A stretch of 63,657 bases of DNA, filler included, from Chiloscyllium plagiosum (lineage: Eukaryota): NCBI RefSeq assembly GCF_004010195.1. It is 4 parts of one record of this genome, joined end to end, with 100 filler letters (N's around TTAATTAATTAA, not from the genome) between each part and the next. Parts side by side here need not be neighbours in the genome. Positions count along the whole stretch, not along the records: positions 56,614 to 63,657 come from NC_057713.1; 3 more parts are not named here. One strand, given 5' to 3'. This document shows, one piece after another, positions 62,786-63,657 of this stretch. Numbering within the stretch: position 1 is the first letter of the stretch; each line of letters opens with the position of its first letter. The notes beneath the pieces are model-generated. The model was not told where the DNA came from. It saw nothing but the letters and a program-made list of their open reading frames with translations, and did not search any database. The position numbers and the translations under genes were made by a program.

Positions 62786-63657
62786 TGAACGAACGAATGA
62801 ACGAACACCTGCACAGTTACTGCCTTTGCTGTTTGAATTCGTGTATCACTGGACATCGGAGTGCATCTGGGAAAATTAACAAACGGTGAAATTCACAACT
62901 AATCTTGGAGGAACTGTTGGGCGAAGTTCACAGCACAGAATCAGATAAGTTAATTTTTGTTTTAAGTCTGTCCAAGAGAAAGGCTGCAGTAGTGAGTATA
63001 GCCTTTTTTGATTATATGTTTTTGGAGATAAGTCTCTTGATTAAACTTAAAATATAAGCCATAGCTATTAATTTAACCTGGGAGAGTGTTCGTAGAGGAG
63101 TAAGACGGTGTTATTTTCTGGGTCTGGAAATTGTGAAGGAGCAAGAATGGAGTTTAAAGAGAGTTTAAATTACTTTACAGTGTGGAAACAGGCCCTTCGG
63201 CCCAACAAGTCCACACCGACCCGCCGAAGCGCAAACCACCTATACCCCTACATTTACCCCTTACCTAACACTACGGACAATTTAGCATGGCCAATTCACC
63301 TAACCTGCACATCTTTGGACTGTGGGAGGAAACCCACGCAGACACGGGGAGAATGTGCAAACTCCACACAGTCAGTCACCTGAGGTGGGAATTGAACCCG
63401 GGTCTCTGGCGCGGCGAGGCAGCAGTGCTAACCACTGTGCCACCGTGCTGCCCACGCAGATTATGCAGATTACTGCAGATTATATCTGCCAAAAATGCTG
63501 TTGGATGCGAATCTTATCAGATCCAGTGGATCGGTTGGAGAGACAGATAGAAGCGATGAGGAATTTGCAACAGCAACAGTATGTGATGGATGGCAGTTAT
63601 AGGAAGGGGGGAAAGGCTCAGATACAGTCACATAGATGGGTTAACTCCAGGAAGGGT
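62524..63657 (+). mobile_element. CR1-type LINE 5' UTR and ORF1 start, interrupted by a SINE
   Basis: 5' UTR with caagatgg, (ga)n and (gaac/gaat)n; after the SINE reads ADYICQKC.. then DRLERQIEAMRNLQQQQYVMDGSYRKG, paralleling ORF1 at 11637. Confidence 0.7.
63170..63455 (-). mobile_element. Young HE1/V-SINE
   Basis: Near-identical to 30719-31027 with a small internal deletion. Confidence 0.9.

Overview
Repeat-dense vertebrate intronic DNA, most likely from a shark (inferred from many HE1/V-SINE copies and HER1/CR1 LINEs). A + strand host gene is visible as five GT-AG exons (4435-4573, 16146-16300, 26494-26572, 51066-51247, 51766-51976) encoding PLAT/LH2 repeats. It best resembles the long PLAT-containing form of RP1 (alternative: LOXHD1-like), and at least one exon is missing between 26572 and 51066. 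The introns hold decayed CR1 LINEs, about 16 tRNA-derived HE1-type SINEs and at least three families of Penelope-like elements (PLEs, GIY-YIG). The most striking feature is that the PLE 3' ends carry minimal hammerhead-ribozyme cores (CTGANGA-stem-GAAAC-NTH, about a dozen copies). Most PLE insertions share one architecture: inverted arm + arm + a single 30-38 bp tail, usually with a target-site duplication (TSD). They range from multi-kb fold-backs to ~200-bp non-coding palindromes that fold at the ribozyme core, down to a 38-bp tail-only insert flanked by a 142-bp duplication. Three 100-bp gaps contain an artificial TTAATTAATTAA linker. All calls were made by eye; repeat boundaries are approximate and no database search was run.
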